DNA of 64,000 nucleotides, taken from assembly GCA_964531475.1 (NCBI GenBank), contig CAZHCS010000001.1:112739-176738 (forward strand), written 5' to 3'. The notes below the pieces were generated by a model. That model was not told the DNA's origin and searched no databases. It worked only from the letters and a program-made list of their open reading frames with translations. A program made the position numbers and the translations under genes. Of this stretch, positions 36,732-46,787 are shown piece after piece; within the stretch, counting starts at the first letter, position 1, and each line of letters opens with the position of its first letter. This DNA is from an uncultured Candidatus Saccharibacteria bacterium (GTDB lineage: Bacteria > Patescibacteriota > Minisyncoccia > Phycocordibacterales > CSBR16-119).

Positions 36732-36929
36732 ATGCGCATGGAATACACGGTTGTTGACCCTAGAACGGGGCATGCTACTGTTCATTACTTCGACAATGCA
36801 CAAGGCCCCAGTCTTGTGCTGGATCAAAAAGCGAGTGAGAACCTAACTAGCTTCACTAGTAGGCTCGCACAAGCAAAAGCAGCATCGGAGCAACAGCTCC
36901 GAAAAGCTAGCCAGGCCAACGCCTCATGA
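36732..36929 (+). CDS. Small hypothetical protein (stand-alone gene)
   Basis: 65 aa; TTGACA-17-TACTAT at 36686-36714; terminator at 36929-36957. Confidence 0.65.
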   Translation: MRMEYTVVDPRTGHATVHYFDNAQGPSLVLDQKASENLTSFTSRLAQAKAASEQQLRKASQANAS

Positions 36930-36958
36930 AAAGGCCCCCGCATCGCGGGGGCCTTTTT
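36929..36958. terminator. Bidirectional terminator
   Basis: AAAAGGCCCCCGC-atc-GCGGGGGCCTTTT. Confidence 0.8.
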
Positions 36959-36965
36959 GTTTCTC

Positions 36966-38426
36966 TTAATTGTCCGTTTTTGGCTTCATCAACGGAAACA
37001 ACTGCGTCTCACGTATAGGCTTGTCGACAAGGAATGCAAACAATCGCTCACCGAAGCCAAACCCGCACGTCGGAGGCATCCCGTGCTCAAGCATTTCGAC
37101 AAATTCCCATTCAGGCATCATTGCTTCATCGTCTCCACGAGCAATCAATTTCTCCTGAAGTTCAAATCGCTCTCGTTGATCAATCGGATCATTGAGCTCT
37201 GAGAAACCATTGCCGAGCTCGGAGCCAGCCAATATAACCTGGAAGCGTTCAGTTAGTTCAGGGTTAGCGGGAAGAGACTTTGAAAGTGGTGAGACAAGCT
37301 TTGGATGATTGATTAGGAACGCTGGTCCACCAATCTTCTTTCTGCAGTATTTCCAAAGCGTATCCATTAGACGTTCTCTGTTGTCACCTTCGAATACGAC
37401 TCCGAGCTCTTCGAGCTTTGCCTTCATGTCTTTTTCTGTAGCCTCAAGAACATTCACGCCCGTGACTTCTTCAATCTTTGAAACATAATCTATAGTTTCC
37501 CACTCTTCGGCCAAATCAAATGAGTGGCCGCGCGTAGAGAACTTTGTTGTACCGAACGTTTCCATGGCGATATAACGATACAAATCCTGTACAAGCTTCA
37601 TACCTTCGCGATAATCGGCGTATGACCAATAGAATTCCATGTTGGTGAATTCCTGTAAATGCTCGGGACTGCTGCCCTCGTTTCTATATACCCTTCCTAT
37701 TTCGAAAGTCTTGGGAAAACCAGCCGCCATCAAACGCTTCTGCCACAACTCACCAACCGAAATACGCATGAATACATCGATATCAAAATCGTTATGATGC
37801 GTCTTGAACGGACGTGCCTCTGCGCCGCCAGTCGTGACTTCGAGCGTCGGGGTTTCTACTTCCAAAAATCCTTCGCGCTTTAAAAAGTTTCGCGTGGCTT
37901 CCCAAAATTTAGCCTTTTTATAGAAAATCTCTCGAGCTTCGTTATCGAGCAACAAATCAAGATAACGCTTGCGAAGACGTGTTTCGTCGTCCTGAATACC
38001 AGCCCATTTTTCCGGCATTGGCAAAAGAGTTTTTGTGAGCATTTTCCAGTCTTTGACGAGCAAACTTTCTTCACCTTTTTGCGTCACAAAAAGCGTGCCC
38101 GAAACTTGCACAAAATCACCGACGTCAACGGCGTCAGTAAATAGCTTGAATACGTCGGCCGCGAGCTCGTCCTTTTTCATGACAGCCTGAAAAGTACCTG
38201 TGCCGTCATTTAGGACCACGAAAAGTATCGCGCCTTGGCCACGAATAGCCATAATGCGCCCAACAAGCGAGAGAGTTCTTTCTTCGCCTGAAAGCGCCGC
38301 AAAACCATGCTTGGCTTCAGCCAAAGACATGTCGCGTTTTGTCGCAGCAGGATATGGATCCATGCCTGCGTCCTTTAAGAGCGCGAGCTTCTTTAAACGC
38401 ACGGATTGTATCTCTTCCAAAGACAT
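36966..38426 (-). CDS. lysS: Lysine--tRNA ligase (class II)
   Basis: RLRKRYLDL, GGAEARPF, YRNEG, ELNDPIDQRERF, GMPPTCGFG. Confidence 0.96.
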   Translation of the reverse strand: MSLEEIQSVRLKKLALLKDAGMDPYPAATKRDMSLAEAKHGFAALSGEERTLSLVGRIMAIRGQGAILFVVLNDGTGTFQAVMKKDELAADVFKLFTDAVDVGDFVQVSGTLFVTQKGEESLLVKDWKMLTKTLLPMPEKWAGIQDDETRLRKRYLDLLLDNEAREIFYKKAKFWEATRNFLKREGFLEVETPTLEVTTGGAEARPFKTHHNDFDIDVFMRISVGELWQKRLMAAGFPKTFEIGRVYRNEGSSPEHLQEFTNMEFYWSYADYREGMKLVQDLYRYIAMETFGTTKFSTRGHSFDLAEEWETIDYVSKIEEVTGVNVLEATEKDMKAKLEELGVVFEGDNRERLMDTLWKYCRKKIGGPAFLINHPKLVSPLSKSLPANPELTERFQVILAGSELGNGFSELNDPIDQRERFELQEKLIARGDDEAMMPEWEFVEMLEHGMPPTCGFGFGERLFAFLVDKPIRETQLFPLMKPKTDN

Positions 38427-38430
38427 ATGT

Positions 38431-38895
38431 TTATTCTACGTCCAAAATCGAATATTCGACAACGCCTGCAGGGCCTTCGAATAGAGCCTTTTCGCCTTTC
38501 TTCTTGCCGAACAATGCCGAACCAAGCGGCGACTGATACGAAATCTTACCCGCGGCCATGTCAGCCTCGCCTTCACCAACAATGATGAATTCTTTTTTAG
38601 TCTTCTCGCCTTTTTTCTGGACGACGACGTTTGACCCGACTTCGATGCGATCGCCTTTTCGGTGCGAAACAACTTCGGCGGTTTTCAATATACGTTTGAT
38701 ATCAGATACTCTGTCTTCGAGTTTGCCCTGAGCTTCGCGAGCCTGGTGATATTCGGCATTTTCAGAAAGGTCGCCAAGGGATTTGGCGAACTCTAGTGCT
38801 TCAATTATTTCTTTGCGCTCGATCGATTCCAACCGGTGGAGCTCGGCCTCGAGCTCGGCCTTGCGCTCTTTGGTTATCAGTTCTTTGTTGATCAT
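38431..38895 (-). CDS. greA: Transcription elongation factor GreA
   Basis: GDLSENAEY, ISYQSPLGSAL. Confidence 0.95.
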   Translation of the reverse strand: MINKELITKERKAELEAELHRLESIERKEIIEALEFAKSLGDLSENAEYHQAREAQGKLEDRVSDIKRILKTAEVVSHRKGDRIEVGSNVVVQKKGEKTKKEFIIVGEGEADMAAGKISYQSPLGSALFGKKKGEKALFEGPAGVVEYSILDVE

Positions 38896-38936
38896 GATGA
38901 GCCTAATTCTACCTTTTTTTGTCTTTGAGTCAACCG

Positions 38937-38962
38937 AAAGGCCCGCCAAGTGGCGGGCCTTT
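38937..38962. terminator. Intrinsic terminator
   Basis: AAAGGCCCGCCA-ag-TGGCGGGCCTTT. Confidence 0.75.
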
Positions 38963-38986
38963 GGAATGAGCAGAGGAACGAGCGGC

Positions 38987-40009
38987 TTATGAGGGCAATA
39001 ATTCTTGCCACCACGGAGCCACGGTGCGAAACGGCTGGACAAACCAACGCAGCGGCTTTATGCCCTGGGTCGTCAGGTTGAAGTGTGCGACCGCGCGAGC
39101 GACCAAGAGTCGCACAGGTATCGTAAAGATTCCAGCAACTAATGCGTTCACGCATGCGGCCATGACGGTCTGCGGCTTGCTCGCAGCATCGGTGGGCCAA
39201 AGCCACGCCGACAGGAAGACAACAGTGGTCGCAACTAGAGCAGGTAAACCGTATCCTCGCGAAGTAGCGGCGAGTAGCGAGAGCTTGTACGCCATCGTCA
39301 AGACGAAATATATCGTCCCCCAGACGACAGATACAACACCCGCAAGAGTGTAGATAACACCTCTAAAGATCGCCCAAACAATCACGATTCCGAACAGTAA
39401 GGCAACAACAAGAGGTCCCCATATCACTGCAGAAAAGACCAGGCCGAACCTTGTGAGCCAGTCATAAAGTTCAGACTTCCAAAAATCATCCATGGATCTG
39501 AGGGCGAACGCGATGCAGAGGTGAACGGACGCCGCGATGACGGTAAGCCCCACTATATCGCGCTCGCTAACGGAAACAAGTTTCTGGAATTCTTGAAAGC
39601 CCCCTATCCAGTATTCGACAATACCGACATACAGAGCGGTCCACGCAAGTCCGAAGCCAAGAATGACTGCAGAATTAACCAGGAGCTCTTGTCGCGTCTT
39701 TTTACTCAAGGTAAAAATCTCCTGCAAGCGGACATATGCTGGGTTTTTACTCCAGCTGTCCGAGACCGCTCGCAGCTGCAACCGTATGTACTGAAGTACT
39801 GAAACGTTTTCACGCTTCGCTTCAGATGCCGTTTTTCGGACACCTGAAATGATCGAAGGGGCGTGGTAGCCCACGAAAGCTCCGATAAATGTCCCGAGGA
39901 TCGAATAGATCCAAGAAATGTCTCCGAGCGCGCTGTAAAGCGTGAACGTCCCGACGAATGCGCCGAGTGCTGCGGCCCGTATTGAGGGCCACGTTTCTTT
40001 TGTTCCCAT
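38987..40009 (-). CDS. Hypothetical multi-TM protein (stand-alone gene)
   Basis: 340-aa hydrophobic ORF; TTGACA-17-TATTTT at 40036-40064. Confidence 0.7.
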   Translation of the reverse strand: MGTKETWPSIRAAALGAFVGTFTLYSALGDISWIYSILGTFIGAFVGYHAPSIISGVRKTASEAKRENVSVLQYIRLQLRAVSDSWSKNPAYVRLQEIFTLSKKTRQELLVNSAVILGFGLAWTALYVGIVEYWIGGFQEFQKLVSVSERDIVGLTVIAASVHLCIAFALRSMDDFWKSELYDWLTRFGLVFSAVIWGPLVVALLFGIVIVWAIFRGVIYTLAGVVSVVWGTIYFVLTMAYKLSLLAATSRGYGLPALVATTVVFLSAWLWPTDAASKPQTVMAACVNALVAGIFTIPVRLLVARAVAHFNLTTQGIKPLRWFVQPFRTVAPWWQELLPS

Positions 40010-40060
40010 GGAAAAGATCGTTTTGGTTTGGCTACAAAATACTCTTTATGTATGATTTTG

Positions 40061-41833
40061 TCAAGAACTTGCTTCGATATTCTCCTCTACCTTAATTGGT
40101 ATTACCGCCTCTGATTCAACAGGCACGATGGGCTCCCCACCAAAGTATTCCGGAGCACTCTGATTTATGGCATCAAAAAATCCTCGGGCCGCGAACGAGG
40201 CGCTTCTGGTCGCCTCCGACGGGCCTCGTTCCATAAGCACAACGAACGCATATTTCGGCTCCTCGTACGGGAAGAATCCAACCACCCATGAGTTGATGTA
40301 TTGATTGTCACGCCCCGTCTGCGCGGAACCTGTCTTGGCGGCGATATCTATATAACCGACATTCAAGACTTGTCCTGTACCACTGGTCACGACTTCCCGC
40401 ATGCCTTCGCGAACAAGCTCGTAGTCTGACAAGTCAAAATGCTCGGCGACAGTAGCGGCTGATGGCGAAATATCAATTGCGACATGCGGAACCAAAAGCG
40501 TACCACCGTTACCTATCGCTGCAATACCACGCAGCATTTCAATTGGTGTCGCCTGAAAACCGTACTGACCGATGGACGTGTTGTAGGTGTCACCCAAACG
40601 CCAAACCCCGTCTTCAAAAGTTTTCTTTTTCCAATCAGGGCCAGGAACAACACCTCGTGTCTCGCTCAAAATATCAACACCGGTTGGTTGATCGATGGCG
40701 AACAATTTTACGTATTTCTCGATGCGCGAAATACCTAGACCCTCCTGATCCTCATACCCGCCTCCGATGGCATAAAAAAATGTATTTACAGATTCGGCAA
40801 TAGCCTTTGTGACGTCAGCATAGCCGTGGCCACCCTCTTTCCAATCACGAAAAACAGTAAACAGCTCTTTGTTATAAGGATTAGGGACACGAATCTCACC
40901 AGAACTGTAAATATGCGTCGTCGCGTTTATGAGTCCCTCGTGCAGAGCTCCAAGCGCAACAAAAGGCTTTATAGTCGAACCAGGAGAATACAATCCCCCA
41001 ACAAGACGATTCAAAAATGGCTTTTTAGGATCGCTAATAAAACCGTTGATGAGCTCTCGGTTGTCACCTTCGGACAACACTTTAGAGTCGTATTCTGGAT
41101 AACTAGTCGCAACAATAAGCTCGCCCGTTTTTATATCCATCATTGCCCCAGCTCCACCAACATATCCTATCTCTTCGGCAAGCGTCTTTATGGACGTGAA
41201 CATGCTAGTTTGCAAACGCGAATCAATCGACAGCTTTAGATTGGCTCCATGATCAGGTTCATTGACAATATTTTGCGAAATAATTTCGCCCATTACGTTT
41301 TCTTCGACAAGTTTCGAACCATTGATACCGTTTAATGTATCATCATAACGCTTTTCGATACCGTCGAGTCCTTCGAAATAAGTCTTCCAATAAAAACCTT
41401 TTTTATCTTTTTGCGGATAAGCGATATAACCGAGCAACAAACTATGTCCCGGCGAAGTAATATATGTTCTATGCGAGAAATCAAATTCGGCCATATCCTC
41501 TGTGCGCTCATTCCAGGCAAGCTCGACACCATTTCTATCAAAAATAACTCCACGATCAGCAAAAATAATCTCTCCGTCGAGACTGTTACGCTCTGACAAA
41601 TCAAAATATGTCTCGCCCTCTTTTAGTTGCAAAGCGTGCAGCCTAACAGCAAACACCACAAGAGCAAGTACGAAAAAAGAGGCCAGGGTCACAAGCGCGC
41701 TTTTCCTAATAGGATGTTCAATACGACCCTCGAACTGCTGTGTATCAAAGGCTTGGATATTTTTCGAGTCCATCAAGATCTCGTCAAAATCTATTCCCGT
41801 ATTGTGTAAATTTCGGCGGCGTTTCCAGAACAT
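40061..41833 (-). CDS. mrdA: Class B penicillin-binding protein (PBP2/MrdA-like)
   Basis: ADRGVIFDRNG, GSTIK, SVN, KTGSAQ. Confidence 0.85.
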   Translation of the reverse strand: MFWKRRRNLHNTGIDFDEILMDSKNIQAFDTQQFEGRIEHPIRKSALVTLASFFVLALVVFAVRLHALQLKEGETYFDLSERNSLDGEIIFADRGVIFDRNGVELAWNERTEDMAEFDFSHRTYITSPGHSLLLGYIAYPQKDKKGFYWKTYFEGLDGIEKRYDDTLNGINGSKLVEENVMGEIISQNIVNEPDHGANLKLSIDSRLQTSMFTSIKTLAEEIGYVGGAGAMMDIKTGELIVATSYPEYDSKVLSEGDNRELINGFISDPKKPFLNRLVGGLYSPGSTIKPFVALGALHEGLINATTHIYSSGEIRVPNPYNKELFTVFRDWKEGGHGYADVTKAIAESVNTFFYAIGGGYEDQEGLGISRIEKYVKLFAIDQPTGVDILSETRGVVPGPDWKKKTFEDGVWRLGDTYNTSIGQYGFQATPIEMLRGIAAIGNGGTLLVPHVAIDISPSAATVAEHFDLSDYELVREGMREVVTSGTGQVLNVGYIDIAAKTGSAQTGRDNQYINSWVVGFFPYEEPKYAFVVLMERGPSEATRSASFAARGFFDAINQSAPEYFGGEPIVPVESEAVIPIKVEENIEASS

Positions 41834-41836
41834 ATT

Positions 41837-42118
41837 TTATTTACCGAAATGAAAAAGTCTTTCCCGCAAAAAACGTGCTGCAAAAAACACAGCGATTGCT
41901 CCCACAGAAATAACTCCAGAAAATGGCATAAGATCGACGCCTTCTAGAGCATACAATGCGTCCATAAATATCATAATTATGAGCCCGGCCGTAAAACGAC
42001 GAAAAAAGAAGCATCCCGCTACGAAGATAACGCAAGAAACTAGAAACGGCCACCACAACGCCGAAACGGCGAGTAGTATCGTGTAGAGCCAAAAATATGT
42101 CCGACTAGTTTGCTCCAT
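41837..42118 (-). CDS. Small multi-TM protein
   Basis: Hydrophobic ORF, ATG 6 nt after TATAAT, directly upstream of mrdA. Confidence 0.65.
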   Translation of the reverse strand: MEQTSRTYFWLYTILLAVSALWWPFLVSCVIFVAGCFFFRRFTAGLIIMIFMDALYALEGVDLMPFSGVISVGAIAVFFAARFLRERLFHFGK

Positions 42119-42156
42119 AACGCCATTATAACGGCCAGAGCAAAACAATCAACGCC

Positions 42157-42597
42157 TTAATCTGGATGCCTTCCAAAGAGAGAAAAAAGCTTGCCAAGAA
42201 CGCGCCTTACTATTGACAGCGCCACTATTACAATGACTGCGTAAAAAACCGTCTTTACCGAGAAGAAAAATATAAGGACCGACAGGAGAACCAGGTGCAA
42301 GAACGACATTATCTTGGTTGCAGGCTTGCTATCATCTTTTGATTCGATGCGTTCATTTGCAACCTTATCGATCGTCGCGGAATATTTTTCGGCACGATCA
42401 CCACGCCAATCTTCAATAGAAGCGGCAAACGAAACAACCGAGGCATCTATTTTGCCGACAAATGTCGACTCTTCGAACGAAAGTCGAGTGAAAAAATTAC
42501 CGGAAGTCTTTTCATTCTTTTCATTTTCTTGCGCCAGGGCAACCGATCCAGGAGTCAACGCAAACACTATTAGTAGGCACAGTAACTTGAGCTTCAT
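42157..42597 (-). CDS. Hypothetical protein with signal peptide and C-terminal TM
   Basis: 146-aa ORF, operon spacing. Confidence 0.65.
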   Translation of the reverse strand: MKLKLLCLLIVFALTPGSVALAQENEKNEKTSGNFFTRLSFEESTFVGKIDASVVSFAASIEDWRGDRAEKYSATIDKVANERIESKDDSKPATKIMSFLHLVLLSVLIFFFSVKTVFYAVIVIVALSIVRRVLGKLFSLFGRHPD

Positions 42598-42600
42598 AGA

Positions 42601-43065
42601 CTATTTTATAGGATCGTTTTCGCTGATGAAGTTGTCGATATCAAGAGTAAATGTGCCGATGATACCATTGACGTCGACCGTGTAAGTACCCTTTGGCAAA
42701 CCAACAACGCCGGAAAGGCGGATTGTCTTTTCAAACGGAACCAATGCCTGCGTGCAGTTTTCGGCATCAAGCGGTCGCTTGGACTTAACAGTTACCATAA
42801 ATGTCTTTTCGGCATAATTCTGCGTGATATCACCGACAAGCGTACAGCCATCAGGAGTATAGCCTCGGGCCCTCACGCTAACCTCTACAGGAAACGATTC
42901 GAGCATCATAATATCGATATCTTCGACAACTGCTTCCCCAATAACAACATTTTCATCCGACAAGTCTTTGTCTTTGGCACGAGTTATCAACACGATTCCG
43001 ATTACCACCACCGCTATCGCGAACAGAACCCACATTAGCGTCTTGAATGTATTATTAGTTTCCAT
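42601..43065 (-). CDS. Membrane-anchored protein with beta-rich, two-Cys domain
   Basis: TM then ESFPVEVSV...PDGCT...CTQALVPF...GTYTVDVNG. Confidence 0.7.
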   Translation of the reverse strand: METNNTFKTLMWVLFAIAVVVIGIVLITRAKDKDLSDENVVIGEAVVEDIDIMMLESFPVEVSVRARGYTPDGCTLVGDITQNYAEKTFMVTVKSKRPLDAENCTQALVPFEKTIRLSGVVGLPKGTYTVDVNGIIGTFTLDIDNFISENDPIK

Positions 43066-43150
43066 GGTTTTTTTCTTTAATGGTAATACAAATAGTATAT
43101 CACAATTCACGATGCGTATTATTTGTTCCTTGGTATAATATATTTCATCA

Positions 43151-43834
43151 ATGCCTGAGACGGATATCATCGCAAATTCGTTGGGAGGCCTCTCGTACGG
43201 AGGCATGTTTATACTCGCGTTCCTGTCAAACATGTTTATCCCAGTTCCTGAAGAAATAATCTTGCTAGTCATTGGTTATCTGACTGGCATCGGCGCTTTC
43301 ATGTACCCCATCATAATGGCCATCTTCATATTGGGAATGCTGCTATCGGACTACATGGTCTACTCACTTGCCTTTCATGGCAGCAAGCTAGTCAAAAGTC
43401 TCCAAGCCAAGATGGAAAAGCGCGGTCTCTTGAAGAGCAAAACATACGTCAAAAGGCACATGAAGAAAATAATTTTCTTCTCTCGATTCCTCGTATATCT
43501 ACGATTTATTGGACCAGTCGTAGCCGGGTCAAACCGTGTCCCACGAAAACTTTTCCTCACTTACGATTTTCTCGCGCTCGTAATCTACGTCAATATATTT
43601 CTTGGACTTGGAAACTATTTCCACAAACAGATTCAGGGTATCTCTGAAGGTGTGGCGCAATTTTCGCACTATTTCATAACTATAGTTATCGTCATAGCAA
43701 CAATCGTAGTGTTGCGATTCATTCAAAAGAATTTTATCAAGTGGATGCGCATGATTGGCGATTACATGCCAACTATCATCCCAGGCCTCGAAATGAAAGA
43801 ACCTGAAGAACCGACAAAGAAAAAGAGGAACTAG
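43151..43834 (+). CDS. DedA family membrane protein
   Basis: FIPVPEEIILL, IFFSRFLVYLRFIGPVVAG. Confidence 0.88.
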   Translation: MPETDIIANSLGGLSYGGMFILAFLSNMFIPVPEEIILLVIGYLTGIGAFMYPIIMAIFILGMLLSDYMVYSLAFHGSKLVKSLQAKMEKRGLLKSKTYVKRHMKKIIFFSRFLVYLRFIGPVVAGSNRVPRKLFLTYDFLALVIYVNIFLGLGNYFHKQIQGISEGVAQFSHYFITIVIVIATIVVLRFIQKNFIKWMRMIGDYMPTIIPGLEMKEPEEPTKKKRN

Positions 43835-44532
43835 AGGCTCTTCTCTATACCCGCATAATTCAAAAATCCAAAAAGCTCGTACGCCCATGTGGTGATACGG
43901 CTAAAGTCGTCGACGAGAAGCAAGACGCCGATGAAGATGAGTATAAGTCCGGCGATTATAGAAAAGATTTTTGATGAGCCGAGACGCACGCGCTTTCCCT
44001 TTTTCATAAAATACGCAATGAGAAGAAACGGCAAGATAAACCCGAGTGCGAAAAATAAAAACAAGTAGAGTGCTTTCGCAACGCTCGTTGCAAATGCTGC
44101 ATAGAAAAATATCCCTGCCAGAATAGGCCCGACACACGGACTCCAACCGAGCGCGATCGAGACGCCGAAGATAAATGCAGAAAACCTCCCCCTAAATATT
44201 TCACGGAGATCCGCTCCAAACAATTGCCCGCGAAAGAATGGTAGATGAAAAACCCCGAGCATCGAAACCCCAAGCACGATGACAAATATCGCACCGATGG
44301 TCTGCAAGACCTGTTTCGCCGGTGCGAGAACATGACCGAGTAGTCCGGCCAATATTCCAAAGATAAGAAATGTCGCCAGGAACCCCGCGCAGAACAAAAG
44401 CGCACTCTTCATCATTCGTTCGCGTTCGCCATGAGACAAATATGCCACAAACCCCGGCACAAGCGGCAAAGTACACGGCGCCAAAAACATGACGATTCCG
44501 GCAATGAAGGCGGTGAGAATATTAATATCCAT
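43831..44532 (-). CDS. ccdA: Cytochrome c biogenesis CcdA/DsbD-TM family protein
   Basis: FLAPCTLPLVP and GWSPCVGPIL. Confidence 0.88.
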   Translation of the reverse strand: MDINILTAFIAGIVMFLAPCTLPLVPGFVAYLSHGERERMMKSALLFCAGFLATFLIFGILAGLLGHVLAPAKQVLQTIGAIFVIVLGVSMLGVFHLPFFRGQLFGADLREIFRGRFSAFIFGVSIALGWSPCVGPILAGIFFYAAFATSVAKALYLFLFFALGFILPFLLIAYFMKKGKRVRLGSSKIFSIIAGLILIFIGVLLLVDDFSRITTWAYELFGFLNYAGIEKSL

Positions 44533-44635
44533 ATAAAAAGTATAGCAAAAAATCCCTTTCTCTTCTGGCGAACTGATTTAGCCGCGCAGCCCCTCTTCCC
44601 TCGCCACCTTCCCACCCTCTAGACAAAAGATCCTC

Positions 44636-44664
44636 CAATATTCAAGGTCGAACCTTGAATATTG
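44636..44664. repeat. REP-2 palindrome downstream of transposase 2
   Basis: CAATATTCAAGGT-cga-ACCTTGAATATTG. Confidence 0.9.
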
Positions 44665-44665
44665 A

Positions 44666-45280
44666 CTAATCTTCATCATCAAGCAACCCAAGCCTTTCAG
44701 CACCACTTAAGTACTTTATATATGGATCATAGTTATCACAGCTTGACCATTGAAAAGTCTTCAGGAATTTCTTCGTCTTTTCAAGCGAAATCACCCTTCC
44801 CCTTTCTCGCCAACCCTTTTCATACAGGTCTACCGGATTGAGAAGAAGGTATGTTTTCACCTGCTTATAATGCAGATCCGATGTTATAAATTTTGATTTA
44901 GTCTTACCTTGAAACAAGACACCGCTCCGTTGATGCCTCTTATTGAAATACATGGTATAGCTCGTCATCACGCGCTGCAAGAATTTTGAAATACCGCCAT
45001 CAACCTTTTGCTCAAGGATGAGATGGTAATGATTAGGCATGAGGCAATAGTCCAATATATCAACTAGCTGCTCGGCCTCCTTGCGCGGACCACGAGACTT
45101 TCCAGAAAGTCGTATGTCGAGATTCTTTTTCACGTTTCCCCGGATTCCTCTATTCAAATATTCGAGAATGAACAAGAACCTTTCGTAGTCATGTTTGTCC
45201 AGAAATGTTTTTCTCTTATCGGTCCCGCGATTATAAACGTGATATCTTTCACCAGTTATAAATGGTTCTCGAAATCCCAT
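44666..45280 (-). mobile_element. REP-associated HUH tyrosine transposase (RAYT / IS200-like Y1), paralog 2
   Basis: YHVYNRGTDKRKTF, YCLMPNHYHLIL, RSGVLFQG, YLLLNP, QWSS. Confidence 0.9.
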
Positions 45281-45292
45281 CCGACCATTATA

Positions 45293-45327
45293 CCCCAGTA
45301 TCCAAGGTTCGACCTTGAATACTGGGG
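45293..45327. repeat. REP-2 palindrome upstream of transposase 2 (inverted orientation)
   Basis: CCCCAGTATCCAAGGT-tcg-ACCTTGAATACTGGGG, one mismatch. Confidence 0.9.
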
Positions 45328-45463
45328 ACTACGTGTTTGAAACGAAAAAGGCGCCCCGTGTGGAGCGCCTTCCCTTCGTTATTGAACGTATCACTTGAAC
45401 GAAGCAAGTATCTGCTTGATGCGATTACCCTCGCCATCATCGGGTACCAGTTCGATCAGTTGA

Positions 45464-45919
45464 TCAATGACTTGCATCCCAGGCCAGGCCCAGCACAGCA
45501 CTTAATTGATCCTGGATCTGCAAAAGACCTTTCTTTCCCAAACCCTTGAAATCACCTGTGCGGTAGTAGTGATGCATCGGTTTTGCAACCAGTTCGCCTA
45601 CCGTAAGATCCGGCTTCATTGTCAGAACTTTTCTGATACGAGGATCCAGATCGAGGTTGAGATCAGAAATCTTCTTCAAGAAGACGTCTTCTCCTTCACT
45701 GAACAACTTGACATCCGTGCACTTTCCATCCTTTTTCTCATCAAGGAATGGCCTAAGGTCTCGATCGATGTCGACGTAGTCCATGTCGAACATGACATCT
45801 ATACTAGCGCCTGACGACGTATAGCTTTTCGTCTCGCCACCTCGTATCAGTGTTGCAAAAAGCTTTTGAATCACCTGTTTATGAGAATAGGTGATCCTTA
45901 TGGTGAGCTTGTGTGCCAT
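45464..45919 (-). CDS. Protein with C-terminal RNA polymerase alpha-CTD-like domain (stand-alone gene)
   Basis: LKKISDLNL...RIRKVL...TVGELV...FKGLGKKGLLQIQDQL..LGL; TTGACT-17-TACTAT at 45948-45976. Confidence 0.6.
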   Translation of the reverse strand: MAHKLTIRITYSHKQVIQKLFATLIRGGETKSYTSSGASIDVMFDMDYVDIDRDLRPFLDEKKDGKCTDVKLFSEGEDVFLKKISDLNLDLDPRIRKVLTMKPDLTVGELVAKPMHHYYRTGDFKGLGKKGLLQIQDQLSAVLGLAWDASH

Positions 45920-46105
45920 TTGTGTGGGTTCTGTTTGTTTAGAATAGATAGTAGCACATAATATATATAAAGTCAATACCAAAAAGCCCTTGAATAAAGG
46001 GCTTTTTGCCGCTAAGCGAAGCTATAACATATTTTTTCCGAATCCCGAGGACTTAGTGCGAAGACACACTCCCGCAGGGTGAGGAAAAATATGTTTTGCG
46101 GAGCG

Positions 46106-46783
46106 CTACTTTAGTTTCTCTTCCCTCGTTACCCTCCCATCCTCTAGATAGACGATCCTATCGCAAAAGAGTGTATATTCCCTTTCGTGGGTGACCATGA
46201 CGATGGTCTGACCGCGCTTGTTGATATCGCGCATGACTTCGATAATGTGATTGCCCGATGCGGAATCTAGGTTCGCCGTCGGCTCGTCGGCAAACAGAAT
46301 CTTTGGTTCTAGTGCAAGTGCGCGAGCGATCGATACGCGCTGCTGCTCCCCGCCAGAGAGCTGGTTTGGGCGATTCTGCAGACGATGACCGAGCCCCACT
46401 TCTTCGAGGGATTTAATAGCCTTTGCGCGACACACTGAGTCGGAATAGCCGCGCATCATGAGCGGCACCATAACATTTTCGAGCGCATTGAGTTCCGGCA
46501 CGAGCGCGTAGTCCTGGAAAACGTAACCAAGCTGGTCGAGGCGAAACTTTGTCTTTTCCTTGTTCGAAAGCGCGCGGACGTCGATACCGTCTATGGTAAT
46601 CTCTCCGCCTGTCGGCTCGTCGAGCAGACTCATTTGATACATGAGAGTCGACTTGCCGGCGCCGGATTTGCCCATGATCGCCACAAACTCACCTGATTTG
46701 ACGGTGAGGTCGATGCCCTTCAAGACATGCGTCTCGACTTTTCCGTTTGCGAATATTTTGGTTATGTTTTTGACTTCGATCAT
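46106..46783 (-). CDS. ABC transporter ATP-binding protein (MacB/LolD-like)
   Basis: [28 protein letters not shown]. Confidence 0.93.
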   Translation of the reverse strand: MIEVKNITKIFANGKVETHVLKGIDLTVKSGEFVAIMGKSGAGKSTLMYQMSLLDEPTGGEITIDGIDVRALSNKEKTKFRLDQLGYVFQDYALVPELNALENVMVPLMMRGYSDSVCRAKAIKSLEEVGLGHRLQNRPNQLSGGEQQRVSIARALALEPKILFADEPTANLDSASGNHIIEVMRDINKRGQTIVMVTHEREYTLFCDRIVYLEDGRVTREEKLK

Positions 46784-46787
46784 AAAT

